Assembly (NCBI GenBank): GCA_010093705.1
Contig: MU006089.1
Coordinates: forward strand, 2,157,561 to 2,221,560
DNA from: Patellaria atrata CBS 101060
Lineage: Eukaryota
Reading direction: 5' to 3'
DNA: 64,000 nucleotides
In this document: in pieces, positions 1-13,255 of the stretch
Layout: each line of letters opens with the position of its first letter
How positions within the stretch are numbered: the stretch's first letter is position 1
The notes under the pieces: generated by a model
Seen by the model: only the letters and a program-made list of their open reading frames with translations
Databases searched by the model: none
What the model was told of the DNA's origin: nothing
Program-made: the position numbers and the translations under genes

Positions 1-1384
1 TAGCGACAAGGCGATCATACCTACACAATATGAGGTTAGAAATATAGCTGGAAACAGAAATTTTGCAGATATACCTCTCAAAATCTTTTGTAGATGCACC
101 TCGAAAAATATCCTCATGTTGCATCTCCTTCCCACATTCGGGACATGTCAAACGTTCCCAGCCTTTACTTTCTAGATCTGACGCTATCCACTGTTCTAAA
201 CAACCAGAGCAAGTATTTACACCATGTTCACAATAGGACGTCGGAGGTTTTACTGGAAAATCAAGCGGTTCCAGATCGTCAGCGCAGACCATACATGTTC
301 GTTTCTTTGGAGCATTCAGCTGCTGTTGTCGAATCTCTTCCTCTTCTTGTAACTGTTTCGCGAGTTTCAAATCATCCTCAAGTTGACGTTTCTCTTCTTC
401 AAGGGAGTTTATGAGGAACGCTATGTAATTACCCTCCGGTTCATCTTGGGCTAAATGCTGCCCACTTCGTCTTATCGGATGAACGAATGCTTGTGAGGAA
501 TCGCTCAAAGTTGGCACCACTCCAGGATCTGAGAGTCTGTACCGCTTAATATCTCTATGTTTCTGGTTGAGCTTTTCAGCTCTTGGGACTGGTCCAAGCA
601 TTTGGCTTTGTGGAATGTTACTACAGTTGTTATTCATGGGCTGACCCGTACCAACACCTTGAAAGCTTTTGAGTTGAATGCTTGTAGCCGTCCTTGAATT
701 ATTCAATGTGGATGTTGACGCTTGCGTTGAAAGCAAGGATTTGGAGGATGATTCGTGCCAAATACCATGATGAGGTAAATATCCATTTTGATTTTGAGAG
801 CTTCGCTTTGAAAGCCGTTCGACAGCTGTATTAGGACATTTGAAAGAGCTTGCTGCGTCGCTACGTCTAGATCTTTTAGCATTCGGACGATTTCCTCGAG
901 ATATACCTGACGTAGCTTTAGGTATGTGAGCAGAGTTCGATACTCCTAATGGATCCAAGAATTCTATAATTGACTGCTCATTGGTACCTCGGATAGAACT
1001 AGAAGTGGACCTGCCAGACTGGTATCCCTGGTCAAGTTGGTCCTTTGGAAATGACTTGGTTCCAAGTTCACTATTCATCGGAACAGGGAGTTCGTTCCTC
1101 CTCAGACCCATATCGGAGGAGGCCGAGGATCGTGGTGAATAGAATGTCTTTACATCTGATTCGGGCAGGCTTGCATTTTGGGATATATCAATCATAGGAT
1201 TCCTAGGTATAGACTTTACAAGCTCGTCCTTCATGACGTTTGCTAACTCCATCGGGGAGTCCCTTTCTCTAAAATGATTAGGGAGACGCTGATATTGTCC
1301 TGACGAATTCTTTTCGCTGTTAGGTAGAAGCGACTTGGAATTTGACCCTTTACCTTTCGTAAGTCTCTCCACAAGTTGAAGCAT
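1..1384 (-). CDS. RBR (RING-IBR-RING)-type E3 ubiquitin ligase, 5' part; runs off the left edge of the window
   Basis: Not in the ORF track. Manual translation from ATG 1384 is open to 75 and gives a long disordered region, then a coiled segment (EEEKRQLEDDLKLAKQLQEEEE), then a RING1-like CMVC...CEHGVNTCSGC...W...LTCPEC. A GT-AG intron at 74..21 (CTAAC branch) joins to ...FERYDRLVA. The true start may lie further upstream. Confidence 0.75.
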   Translation of the reverse strand, partial: MLQLVERLTKGKGSNSKSLLPNSEKNSSGQYQRLPNHFRERDSPMELANVMKDELVKSIPRNPMIDISQNASLPESDVKTFYSPRSSASSDMGLRRNELPVPMNSELGTKSFPKDQLDQGYQSGRSTSSSIRGTNEQSIIEFLDPLGVSNSAHIPKATSGISRGNRPNAKRSRRSDAASSFKCPNTAVERLSKRSSQNQNGYLPHHGIWHESSSKSLLSTQASTSTLNNSRTATSIQLKSFQGVGTGQPMNNNCSNIPQSQMLGPVPRAEKLNQKHRDIKRYRLSDPGVVPTLSDSSQAFVHPIRRSGQHLAQDEPEGNYIAFLINSLEEEKRQLEDDLKLAKQLQEEEEIRQQQLNAPKKRTCMVCADDLEPLDFPVKPPTSYCEHGVNTCSGCLEQWIASDLESKGWERLTCPECGKEMQHEDIFRGASTKDFERYICKISVSSYISNLILCRYDRLVA

Positions 1385-2319
1385 CTTTCGAGTACTCAGA
1401 TGGCTAGTTCCTGGCGAGGATAATTGCTTTTGATCAATTTAGAACCCGTGCGATGAGCTGTATAATCAAGAGGATGGTATAGGCCTGAGGTTGCGAGATC
1501 ATGCTCCAAGGTAGGAGGTGCATATGCGGCAGCTTGTATTCGTCCATTAGCGAGCATAGAGGCTGTATAACAGTCGATAAGCTAACGAGTGGTATTTATC
1601 GATAAGGGCAAGTGGCTGTGATAGTGAGAAGGCTTATATCTAGGCTGCTAACACGTTGAGAGAGGTGGTTAGGTGGAGCCTGATTAGAGTCGGGAACAAT
1701 CATAAGTTGGACCCGAAAATAGCCAAACACCATCTTCCACGGTACTCTAATCCATGGATCACTTTCTAAGAGGGTAACAAAGCTACTTGTTGATAGACGA
1801 CCCATGTTCTTTGGCCTCACCGGACGTTGTAAACTCAACAGGGAACAGTAGATGTTGAACAAGGTCTTTACCAGAGCCCAGCAGGAAATACACACACATG
1901 AGAACGCCTGACCCTATCTGATACCGGACAGCCTGACACAGGAACATTAATATTGTGCCTTTGTTATTGATCAAATTCGGCTTGTTTGCTCAGCCTTACA
2001 GACAGTGGAGAGGTCGTTGACCACACTAGCATGCAGCTATACCTAATTCGGCGATCGAACATGTAACTGCGGTCACAACTACACCACCTAGACATTCTTT
2101 GACCTCATGAAAAAGTGATACAAACCTGAAATGAAGGTGATAGGAAGCACTCTTTCTTCTGATTAACAATAGTCCACCAAAAGAGTGAGACTTGTAAAGA
2201 AACATAGAAGACTTGGCCTGCGCAACCCAGTCCATGAACTTTTGACGCAACTCCGCCCAATGCAGCCTGAATGATTCGCTAATACCACAATGACCTATCC
2301 GAGATGCTCGAAATCATAC

Positions 2320-5300
2320 TTAACGCCTGCCTGTTCTAAAGTAATCGTAGCCCAACTCGTCTTCCGACAGTGGCGTCCCAGCCGTGCCCGTGCCAGCATA
2401 GCCGTAAGGACTAGCTTGGTTCCGGCCAGGCATATTTTCTGAGCCCATTGGAGCTGCCCCACCCAAGAGATTTGTTTCCGAGCCGTTCATATAAGAATTT
2501 CCTCGTGTCATGCCACCATAGCCGCTGTTGTAATTGTGTCTTGATGGACTATGATGGCGATATGCGGCAGATGTTTGATGATAGCCTGCAGGATAATTCG
2601 TTCCGTCGACGTATGTTTCTTGGTCAAAACGTGTCCTATCAGAGTCTTGAGACGAACTCCGCCCTCGATCCAAGGTGGTAAATGAGCCTGGAGTTCCTGG
2701 ACGGATCATATCCAGAGGCCGGCCATACATCTCACCTTCCCCACCGAACTCCTCCCGAAACTCGGGTCGATCTTTGTGGTGCTCGAAGTCCATTTGACCT
2801 TCAGACACGAGTTCGAAGGGTGAAGATGAGGGTGCCTTTTTGCCGGGGTGGTTGGGGGACATGTTGTCCAAACTGAAGGTATCGCTATATGCCGTCATAG
2901 CCGCAACATCGGATTGATCTTCGAGCCGACCCCGATACACCTGGTGTAAAACGTGTTTCGCTTTCTCATGAACCATGGGTACCATCAACTTCCTGTAAAG
3001 AACCGGGTTGCCGAATCGGACTCCAACCCGATCACCCCGACGTTCTTTGTGTTCTGGAAGGGTGCGACTTTCAGGATCTTTCAACGGACCCTTCGTATAA
3101 AAGTGAATAGCGTCATCGAACGTCGTGGCGCAATACCACTTGAACCCGAGCATTAATATAGGCAGGGGCACAAGGCAGCCCAACATTTTCCAACTATTGC
3201 CCTTTGCTTTAACAAGCAAAGCAACAATTACATTGGCTAGTATAGCTGCGAATATAAACCTGTTGTACAATACCCTCCAAAATTGACCGCCCGACTCTGT
3301 CTTAGTTATAAAAACATAACTGGCCGAAATTAGTGAGGGCCGTGAAATGGGCAAAGTGAGTTTCTTACAGTAAGAGGTATTTCTTTAACCAGGTATCGAG
3401 TGCAAAATAAAACGCTGTTACTGGAAGCACGAGGGGTTGTAGCGTGGCAAAGCAGAGAGCCACTGTGGAATAGAATAAGAAGTAATTGTAGTAACTTGCG
3501 TAGTCGAATGGCGGCGGTGCAGTCCATTCAATCATTTCTCGAGGGGTTGGGTGTGTAAACTTCCTTGCGAATGAACCCCAGGCAAGATTGAAAATCTGTG
3601 ATAAATCTACTGCAGCTCCTAAGTTGCGTTGTAGCAGCCAAGTGATCCAAAACGGTGAGACGTTGCACAGAGCGATCATGACCTTATTGTAAATATCACC
3701 TTCCTTCATGGCTTGCCAAACATCTATATGACCTTCATCATGCAAATCGATGACTGTTGAAATAAAGGCCCATAGAGCAGCGAAGAGAGAGAAGACGATC
3801 AAATTATTGAAGACGAAAAAGGCATATAGTTTATGGACAACATGCCGTTCGCGCGAGGTTTTAGTAAAGTCACCGGCTCTCATTGATAACCGGCGGAAGA
3901 TGATGGGTAGAAAATAGTAGACTAAAGACGTAATTGCTGGCGACAGAATACCTTGAACAACGGCCCAAGATTTGGGATTGGCCTGAAGCTCAACATTGAA
4001 GCCGTGCCAAACACGGCCCAGATTTGTCAAGTTGGTTAAGAATACTGCGATGAGGGCATTAGGAGCAATCCAAAAGAAGGTTAGGAGCGCAACCCATAGA
4101 TTGTTGCTGATCTTCTTCCACTTTCTCCTTTTCTTTGAAAGGGGTAAGTTGTCCCAGATGATATCGTTTGGTTTTGGTGCCAAGCGTATCGTTGAACCAT
4201 GAGGATGTACCTTTCGAGCTGAATATGCAACGGTGTGTGCATCCGAGATATTCTCGAAGCTAGCAAAACCGTACGGCATAGCGTTCCTTTTGTCAATTGA
4301 TTCCCTAACATCTTTAATCTGGATCTCAAGCTCCCTTATCCTATCGGTGAGGTAGTCAATGGCGTCCACCTCTTGATCTCCTCGATGAGTTCTGTCTTTA
4401 TTTGATGGTTTACAGGTCGGTCTCTTGATGGGTAGCTTATCGGGGTTCCGAAGATATTTAGCTAAATATTTTTCCAATTGTTTAACGGCATCTTCGTGTT
4501 CCTTAACGAGCTCAGGAAGTTCTTTGGCGTTCCTACCAATGGCTGCTCGTGGTATGCTCTCTGTTGATCTCACTTCCTCGGTAAGTTTGACAATCCCCTC
4601 ATCAGTTCTGAAATCCCTAGGAATATCCGTGACCTATTGTGTTATTAGTTACCATCTGGCTTACGGTGTCTTGAAAGCTTACTATGAGTGTCCTTGAATG
4701 TAGACTAGACTGGTAGTCTTGACTATCGAAATAGATCCTTCGTAACCTTGTAATTGCTCTATAATTTGACCAGAGGAAGTAGCATAAAATAATATCAAAT
4801 AGATAAGCGCAAATCACTAAAGCCCAATATATCTCGCCCCACATGAACTGTGGTGTCATCCTCATAAATGTGGATATATCATTATGTCCAGAGGTAAATT
4901 GCTTCCCACCAACTACGTTGACTGGAATCAATATACCACAGCCTACAATACTAAGCACTAGGAACAGGTTTCGGCACATTTTCGTAAATCGCAGGAATAT
5001 GGTAGCGTCCAGGCCGATCTTTTCCACTAAGATATCCTCTTTCGTCTGAACGACAGGTTTTACCCAGGCAAATACTCCTTTGCCCAGCGGAGGTGGTGCA
5101 TGTTTCTCATCCGCATGCTTGAGTCTAGGCGCATACACCACGGTATTGTAGGGTCGAAGAAGGCAGAATACGATGGCGACGAAGAATGTGATACCCAAAG
5201 AGGTCCCTAGCGATGCAAGGAAAGCATCTGATTGTATCTATTACAACGTTAGACGCCATCCTGTCTTCTATCTTTTAGGGAGTAGTACGGACCGCTGACG

Positions 5301-5391
5301 AGAATGGGTTTGATATTAGCTCTAAGAACTCGTCAGTGGAACTACCTTCCCGTGCAAATATAGCACGAGCTTCAGATTTGAACATGGTCAT
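2320..5391 (-). CDS. CSC1/OSCA/TMEM63-family (DUF221) calcium-permeable stress-gated channel, multi-exon
   Basis: Joins ORFs 4617-5198, 3365-4573 and 2320-3354. Motifs: VYAPRLK, GLDATIFLRF, YGFASF, LAPKPNDIIWDNL, KKYLLL..YVFITKTESGG. First exon MTMFKSEAR...NPFSSA starts at 5391 (or 5385). Introns at about 5291-5238, 4683-4634 and 3366-3321. Confidence 0.9.
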
Positions 5392-6270
5392 AAGTTCCTA
5401 TTCTCTGCGAGGAATACGACAGTTAAATGTCGGAGTGGGCAACGAGTGGGCAGCCACAAGATGACTATGTGGCTTGCATCATCGGGAAAGGGGAAAAAAT
5501 TACGGAAAGATATTGTACGAGCTGATAGGAGGGTATAAACAAGTCGACATAAACTCAAGAATAGGAAGGGAAATTAACGAAAGAATAACAGGAAAGAAAG
5601 AGAAACGAAGATGGAGGAATGGTTGGGAATGTTAAAGAGGGATGTCTTAAGCCGTTGCGTGACTTTCAGTATTGGAAGATTGACAATGAAAAACGGGTGT
5701 TGATTGGTGTTGAGGCCTAGGCGTTCCCGCAAAGCCGGTGCGTCCAAAGACAAGGGTCGATAAAGGTTTGCAGAGACTAACAAAGGGCTTGAAATATTGG
5801 GAAAGAAGTTCCAGCTAATATCTAAGAGGGCGCAACGTTGCAGGACATAAGTCATTCTTAATTATTGACGTTGTGGCACATGTCACTCACTGCAACACTT
5901 ATCTCGTGTCATGCTGCATGTTTCTTAGGTTAGAGCGAGCTAGAAATAATACGGTCGTTGTACCGATGCATGTGAGAGGACGGGAGCATTCCCGATCCCG
6001 GCCGCATCAGGTTTGTACAGTACAGTACGCTTAGTAAGATACCGTACTGTACAGTGAGGTGGCGGCATTGCCCGGACGTTACCTTCACTTATGAGTCTTT
6101 GGAGCCCTCAGTCCAGTCATCTCCTAGATGGTACAATAGCCTTTCTCTATATAGTCTGATCGGAGTACTTGTTTTATGTCTTTAGTTTACCATTCCACCT
6201 CAACCCAGCCGGCCTGGTTTCCCTCGGTGGCGCGAGTTTTCCACTTCCTGATATAGACTCACTCACATTC

Positions 6271-8058
6271 ATGCCCAAGAAGCACCATCAAGCCTTTACA
6301 AAATCAGGTAGCAGCTATGTCCACCCTTCACACCTTGCCCCGCGACCTTCCAGTGCGGCTTCCTCAAGTGAATCCGTTAATGAGCGGATTGAACGACTCC
6401 GGCGGGAGCAGGCACCAAAAGCTAGCGTACAAAGGCAGAGTGAATTGATCGCGGACCTGACTACCAGAACGGTTCCCCCACAGCTTAGATCTATTCTTAA
6501 TATTCCGGAGACAGCACCTCCGAGACCAAGACCTGGTATTCGTCCGCCTAGACGCCGCGTTCCCGGACCATCTGCACCTCCAAGTTGGTCGATGTCTGGA
6601 CTGGAAAGCTCGAAACATGCGGTGCGAAGCGCCCCCTCCCCAGATACCGAGGACAAACGATGGAGACCCCGTACATTTGATGATCTACGTCTATCACAAC
6701 ATTTTAGAGGGAAAGAAGATGTTCCAAGAAGCCTTGTACACCAAGTGTTGAGAACATTTGCAATGAATTGGAATTGGCTGGTGGGATATGAACGGAACAA
6801 CCTTGCAACGGTGCCTACGTCTATGAAAGCTTTGTTGCTTGAATACATTTCAATGTACGGCCCGGAAGAGGGAATTACTTTGAACGAACTCAAGATTCTA
6901 TTCCTCAACGAAATGGAGCTTCATGAGGCTACAGGAAGCGAAGAGCTCACCATGCTTGATTTATCTGGGTTGATTGGTGTCAATATATCTCTTAATGAGC
7001 TGAAGAAGTACTTCGTCATTCGTTCCGTGGTTCCAAAGCAAGACTCTCAAGGGAATGTCGCCACAGAGTCACAATTAAAGCATAACAGAAGGGTTTTCGG
7101 GGAGAAGCCAATATTGGATTCCTGGGAGGACGAAGTCCATTCCTTAATACCATTAGCAGCGACATTACACCCACCGCGCTTCCCCAACCTGACGCACTTA
7201 TCACTCGCCCATCCAGGCCCGTCCGTTTCATGGGCTTCTCTACTGGCTCTTTCAACTCATCTAGCAACCGTAACTCATTTATCGTTGGCATACTGGCCAG
7301 CGCCTTGTATGACACCAAACTCGAAGACAACTACTGTGATCAGCCCTCATTCGAGACCGGTTAATTTAGGAGGCACACATTTCTATTCCATTATGGATGA
7401 CGATTGGAACGAGGCTGCTAATGTGCTTCGCCGTTTCAGCAAGAACACCTACTCTCTTCAATGGCTTGATCTTGAAGGTTGTGGCGAATGGCTTCCCGCC
7501 TTGACTTGGGGACAGGACTCCTCAAGTGCAGATAGTTCTTCTACTGCCTCTCGTAGGCCGAATCCGGAGGACTGGGTAGGGCCAGAGGGTCAACCAGGCC
7601 CCAACTGGAATGGCAGTTGGCGTCAAGTTGCTTATATCAATGTTAGCCAAGGCTGGATTCCAAAAGACACGACCTCCATCCGAATGCTTCCAGCCTCACA
7701 AATCGCTTGGCAACTACTGGAGTATCACCGACATCGAGATGAAGCTAACGACAGCCACCTCCTAGATGAAGATGCATCTGATGATCAGGCGTCTGGCCCA
7801 CCTCCAACCACTCCGGAACTACCAGCTTTACGAAGAGTGCAATTACAGGAGGAGCCTCGACCATTTTTTGGCCAAACTCGACAGCTTTCAGAAGTCAGTA
7901 AAGCTACCCATGCGTGGTTTGAGAAGGAGAAGACGGCCAGAAAAGTCGAGCAGACCCTGCGCGAAATTCGAAGTTCAGCAAAAGGTATCTTTTGTAAGTT
8001 TGACTATGGATGGGAACCAGTGACTACTACCGCTGTACCTAGCCCATTCATCGGATAG
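6271..8058 (+). CDS. Conserved fungal hypothetical protein with LRR-like segments (a family often loosely labelled 'tafazzin' in fungal annotations; no acyltransferase motif seen)
   Basis: Long ORF; first ATG at 6271 (MPKKHHQAF...). LRR-like patterns FPNLTHLSLAHP, VTHLSLAYWP and LQWLDLEGC. Confidence 0.65.
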   Translation: MPKKHHQAFTKSGSSYVHPSHLAPRPSSAASSSESVNERIERLRREQAPKASVQRQSELIADLTTRTVPPQLRSILNIPETAPPRPRPGIRPPRRRVPGPSAPPSWSMSGLESSKHAVRSAPSPDTEDKRWRPRTFDDLRLSQHFRGKEDVPRSLVHQVLRTFAMNWNWLVGYERNNLATVPTSMKALLLEYISMYGPEEGITLNELKILFLNEMELHEATGSEELTMLDLSGLIGVNISLNELKKYFVIRSVVPKQDSQGNVATESQLKHNRRVFGEKPILDSWEDEVHSLIPLAATLHPPRFPNLTHLSLAHPGPSVSWASLLALSTHLATVTHLSLAYWPAPCMTPNSKTTTVISPHSRPVNLGGTHFYSIMDDDWNEAANVLRRFSKNTYSLQWLDLEGCGEWLPALTWGQDSSSADSSSTASRRPNPEDWVGPEGQPGPNWNGSWRQVAYINVSQGWIPKDTTSIRMLPASQIAWQLLEYHRHRDEANDSHLLDEDASDDQASGPPPTTPELPALRRVQLQEEPRPFFGQTRQLSEVSKATHAWFEKEKTARKVEQTLREIRSSAKGIFCKFDYGWEPVTTTAVPSPFIG

Positions 8059-10109
8059 GTAAGTGGAGGGCTACGAATACCTTGGATGGTAGAAGTGGGT
8101 AACCACATGTCGATAGCAATATACATTAGTTTCAGCCCAAGATTCACCCTTCTCAGTGTAGAAGGATAGACATTCTTTACGCTTTCCATTATTGAGCTTG
8201 TGCTCTTGGTTCCGGAGGGATTTTCGGCTCGGGTGCCTGATATGGCTTGGGTATCAAATGCGAAGTAGTAGTTCTAGCCAACGGTGTATAGAGAAAGTAG
8301 ATTGATATGTGCGTCATTTGGCAGGTGGGGCACGATCTTCGAATTGTGAAACGACCACGGTAGCGAAGTTAAGACTTGAGGCTTGAGTGCCGAGTGGTTG
8401 CTTGATCTCTCTGTCCTTGTATGTCTCTTATGAGTTCTTCTCAAACGGTGATTCGTTCATGCGTGCAAATGATATATAATACGATGGAGCTGGCTGAGGT
8501 GTTGAGACGAGCGTGTAGGTACTTGTACTGGTGCACTACATTGATCATACGGACAATACTTTTACGCCATTTAAGCTGTTTGATTGGAGAAGAGCGGCAA
8601 GAGTACGAGAGCGATTAAAATAAACAGTCTCCCCACAAGACTAGTGTAGTTTTAAAGTACGATCCAATTACATGAGCCAAATATACTTACAGCCGCATAC
8701 CGTAAACTCGTATGCGCAAATTCAAAGGTCAATACGGTCTTTTAAGATGGTGTTTTCGCAATAACCTTAGGATGACTGATGAGTGCAGTTGATAGATCGC
8801 CGGTACCAAGTGTTCTCTACAGAGCCTAGGTACAAGCGTAGGATGTACATGTACTATACAATATGGATACTTGTATGGTGAGATGGAAGTCTCTGTATTC
8901 CGCCAGTAGGGACATAAATATCATTAAATGGTAAAAAGGGAGGAGGTGGTGGCTAAACCTCTTAAGGAAGATAGAGATAGTGACAGACGAATCATAGATG
9001 AAAGTTGAAGAAAGTTCGTATCCAGGGAAGGAGCCCGGAACGTTGTCGATCATTTTCTTTTCGGTGGCGTCTCCTTCCATATTCTAGCGAACCATACGCG
9101 TGGCTTCCTTCTTCGTTAACTCTCTGACAGCCCCGGAATGGAAAGTACCCAGGGTCTCAGTTCTCGCATGGTTTTTGCAACAAAGTCAAACATTTTTGTT
9201 CAAGGCTACAATGTTGGGGTCAAGTCTACAGTCCATCAATTCCCCTGCCCGAGAGTGTTGGTGAGCGCAAATCGCTTGGGAACATCGTGTATCGTGTGCA
9301 ACCGTTACTGTAGGCGGACAAAGGCAAATCCGGGTTGGCTAGATGCAAGTTGTAGAGAGGAGTGGATACTGGCAAATTAGATGGAAGATAACGAGTTACC
9401 GTACAGTATCCGTAGTATGGTGTTCGCGGAGTAGCGACAAGAAAAGGGCAAGATTATAATCCAACCCCTGTTAATATGCGCAAGCTGCATCTTGAACTAG
9501 TGTCTCAGGAGGGAGATCGCAAATATCCAAAGCCAGGGCGGATGTTGAAACAATGGGAAGGAGGGAAAACTAGTCGTGGTTAACAGCTGTACAGTATTTC
9601 GGCTCATAAAGACCTTGCTCTCCTCCTTTACTTACCTACATTACTACCACGCTCTCTTTCCCTTCCATCCCATCCTGTCCTTCCTCCATTCAATTATTTT
9701 CCGAGCTGGATCTACAGCTCGGGAAGAGTGAAACGCGACTGGCCATCCAACCATCATCATCGGCTGCAGAGAGGACCTCTTTCTTGGCCGCTAAAAAGCC
9801 TCCAGCTTTGCCTTGCGCAACCTTCAGAGATAGCGACCCGTTTCAGCGTCTCACAGTTCCACCGTATTCAGAAATCTTCATTGAATGAGCAAGTCCAATG
9901 TCGAGGTTATTACCGCAAACCGTCCTACCCTAAACCCCATCCTCACTTCCCGCCACGCCGCTTCTCCACTATCCACTCCCTTGCACTGAAACGACCCTCT
10001 CCTTTTCCTCCTCAAAATCCAAGTTTTAACCAAGGGAAGCTCTTCACCTCTAGCCACTCCGAAACCTTACTCCATACACTCGTCTGCGTCTGGAATAGCT
10101 TTTGGCAAA

Positions 10110-11349
10110 ATGCTCACTTTCAGGAGGGCAATCGTCATCGCTGCGGCGCTTCTGACATTCTTTTTTATCCTAAAAACCTCACATCCAGATACTTCAACGC
10201 CAAAGATAAAAAACGCCAGCCAGTTGCCCAGACCCACGCCTTACAAAACGCCCACGCAAGCTAAACAGGCCGAGAAAGAACCTACAAAAGATGTCACACC
10301 ACAATCGTCAGCGCCAGGGCGAAACGGTCTTGAGGGAGCCATTGAACCTCCACTCATGGCTAAGAAGCCAAAGACGCAAATTTCACTCGCAGATCTGCGT
10401 ATGAAGCCATTGAGACAACAGCTCGAATATCAGTTCCCTTATGACCCTCTGTCGAAATTTCCAGCATACATCTGGCAGACCTGGAAAACAACGCCCGCAT
10501 CAGGCGAGTTCGACGAAGCATTCAGAGAACCAGAGGCGAGTTGGACTATACTACACCCTACATTTGTACATGAGGTTATCACCGATTCTATCGCTGTCAG
10601 TTTGATAAGGCATCTTTACGCCTCTGTCCCAGAAATTGTAGAGGCATACAACGCTCTTCCACTGCCGGTTCTGAAGGCAGATTTCTTCCGCTACTTAATC
10701 TTATTAGCCCGTGGAGGAATCTATACGGATATTGATACCGCGGCATTGAAATCAGCGATTGACTGGGTACCAGCGGACGTACCGCGGTCGTCATACGGTA
10801 TGGTGATTGGTATTGAGGCAGACCCCGATCGTGAGGACTGGGCGAAGTGGTACTCCCGCAGAATACAGTTCTGTCAATGGACAATACAATCGAAACCGGG
10901 ACATCCTATATTGCGAGATATCGTTGCAAACATTACTGAAGAGACGCTTTCCAGAAAGAAAAAGGGTGCATTACATGCAAAGGAGTTACGGAAGAACATT
11001 ATCGAATTCACAGGCCCAGCACTCTGGACGGATGTCATATTCAAGTACTTCAACGATCCAAATTACTTCGATATGAGCACTAGCGCTGGCAATATCACCT
11101 GGAAGCAGTTCACGAAAATCACTGCGGCAAAGAAGGTGGGTGATGTTATCGTCTTACCTATTACAAGCTTCAGTCCAGGTGTCAAGCAGATGAACGCAGG
11201 CGAGGACGATGACCCGATGGCTTTTGTGAAACATTTGTTTGAAGGTATGAGAAACAGTTTTCAAGCGTAACATATACCGTCTTAACAGTTTGACAGGGAC
11301 GTGGAAACCAGAGGAAGAGAGGAATATTGGCAAGAAACATGACGGCTGA
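10110..11349 (+). CDS. OCH1: Initiating alpha-1,6-mannosyltransferase (GT32)
   Basis: Type II N-terminal TM; FPAYIWQTWK, KADFFRYLILLARGGIYTDIDT (DxD), GIEADPDREDW, EFTGPALWTD. Intron 11245-11296 gives the C-terminus FEGTWKPEEERNIGKKHDG*. Confidence 0.93.
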
Positions 11350-12901
11350 GTAAATTATTCAGCTCTTCGAGTATTCTATGTGTACTCTATGGAATTAGCC
11401 TAGCGCTATTCCTGCTTGAACTCCGCGGCTCGATGTCTTACCGTGCCTAACGGCTAGAAACTTCACCATCTGTCTAAGATCAGAATCTCTTTCTCGACAT
11501 ACGGATCAGATGAATTCCATATATCTTGATTCTACTGCAGTATACCAGCATCACCACCCACAATGCAAAACCGTACGATAACAACGAACGCACATAGCAA
11601 AAAAATTCTCGGAATCGAAAAATTCAAAACCAAAATAGAAGCACGATATCCAACGGCCGTTATCTCCGTTCCGTCAACAAAGATTTCAAAATTCTAGCTC
11701 TTTTCGTTATACTTCTTCATCTGTGTCCTCCTTTTTGGTTTTGTGGACGCAGTACTGCAACCCGGCCAGGGGCTCCGCTTCAAGTGCTGAATCGGATGCT
11801 ACATGTATTTGATTTTTTTTTTTTCGGGGGATCGTTGATTCCTGTTTATTATCTGTTCATCTCGGCTCAGTCGATATTTCATGAGCATGGCGAAGGCGTT
11901 TTTGGAAATTTTTCGAAAGGGGATATGGTGGTGAGAAGGAGGGAAGGTTAGATAGGTCTTATGCTTGAGCAGGATGGTGGATGTCCTTGTACGTACATAT
12001 ATTGAAATAAGTCCTTAACTTATCGGTTTGTGATCGCGTCTTTTAGCGATGTCGGCAAGTGGGAGTTGGGAACTTGTGTACTCGTCGCCACATCCCATAT
12101 ATTCTTACGCGCACAGATGCAAACGACTTGACCGAACACTTCCTGTACAGATCACCCGGCCGGTCCATCGGTTCCTGCACAACTCTTTCGCCCCGAAAAC
12201 GGAAAAAAGTTCCAGCAGTACTGTACCGTAGAGACACCTCATACAGCCAGGTGGACCCATTTCATCACTCGAACCATACAGTAGACAAGAGTCGTTCAGT
12301 CATTCGTCTCATATGGCTGATTCCGCTCGTGCAAAAGGACTCCGCTCATACAAAAACACTCCCCCTTTACAGAAGAGCTCCTAATACAGAATTTCACACC
12401 CATCGATCTCCTCCAGCTGCTGAGTCGGTTCATCCAATATGACATTTACCCTGGGGGGCTGTAGCGTAGTGTAGTGTGGCGTACAGTCCTCTTACCACTA
12501 TGCTGTTCGAGCTGCGTCTGGTCGTACTCACTACATCCATCTGCCTACCTTAGTCACGCAACACACAGCATCCTACTGCATTCCCTGGATAGCGCTTCTT
12601 CTCGTCATTTATCATCCGATCCCCTCCAAGCAATGAAATTTCCTTTACCGTGTCGGAGGATAGCTGACGTGTGGCTGCGGGAACGATCACGCTGTGCCAC
12701 CCGTATGCGACAGGATGCTATGTACCGTAGCGTGCAGATGCTAAAAGACCGCATACACGAATCAACCCAAATCATATCAACATTTTTACTCTTTTCATAC
12801 CAATGTCTTTTGTTGCGTCACAAGCTTTATTTCATATTCCTGGGGTTTGGAGTGTACTGTGCTATATGCAGGACACTAAATGGTAATAGATCACATTACA
12901 T

Positions 12902-13000
12902 TACGGTACATATCCCGAAACCGTAGATAGAGAAGGTAAAAAGTGTGCACTACGGTGCATATCCAGCGACCGTAGATAGAGAAGGCAAAAAAGCGTGCAG
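12902..13000. repeat. Two-copy tandem duplication, period about 49 bp
   Basis: tacggtacatatcccgaaaccgtagatagagaaggtaaaaagtgtgcac is followed by tacggtgcatatccagcgaccgtagatagagaaggcaaaaaagcgtgcag. Confidence 0.85.
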
Positions 13001-13255
13001 TGACTGTGCGGATGGGGGTTATCATAAAGGGAAGGCGGTGGGGCCGTGAAGTCGTTTTTGGGGCTCGTAGTCTCATGACATCGTACAATGATTGTCATAA
13101 ATGATAGCCGAAACTTGCGCCATCCACATGTCCAGTACATTTCAGATGATCCACGAGAGGTACGCTGATCCCTGATCAAGATCCTCCGATCCGATATCAA
13201 AAAGACAGTCCTGCCGTCTGGACAAGTACTCTGAGCTCCTGCAGACAAACCCAAC

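Noticed and set aside
8826..9080. 84-aa ORF containing VPGSFP
   Set aside because: Short, with no recognisable domain or supporting exon structure.
9885..9989. Possible uORF upstream of OCH1
   Set aside because: The TSS is unknown and there is no conservation evidence, so it cannot be supported.
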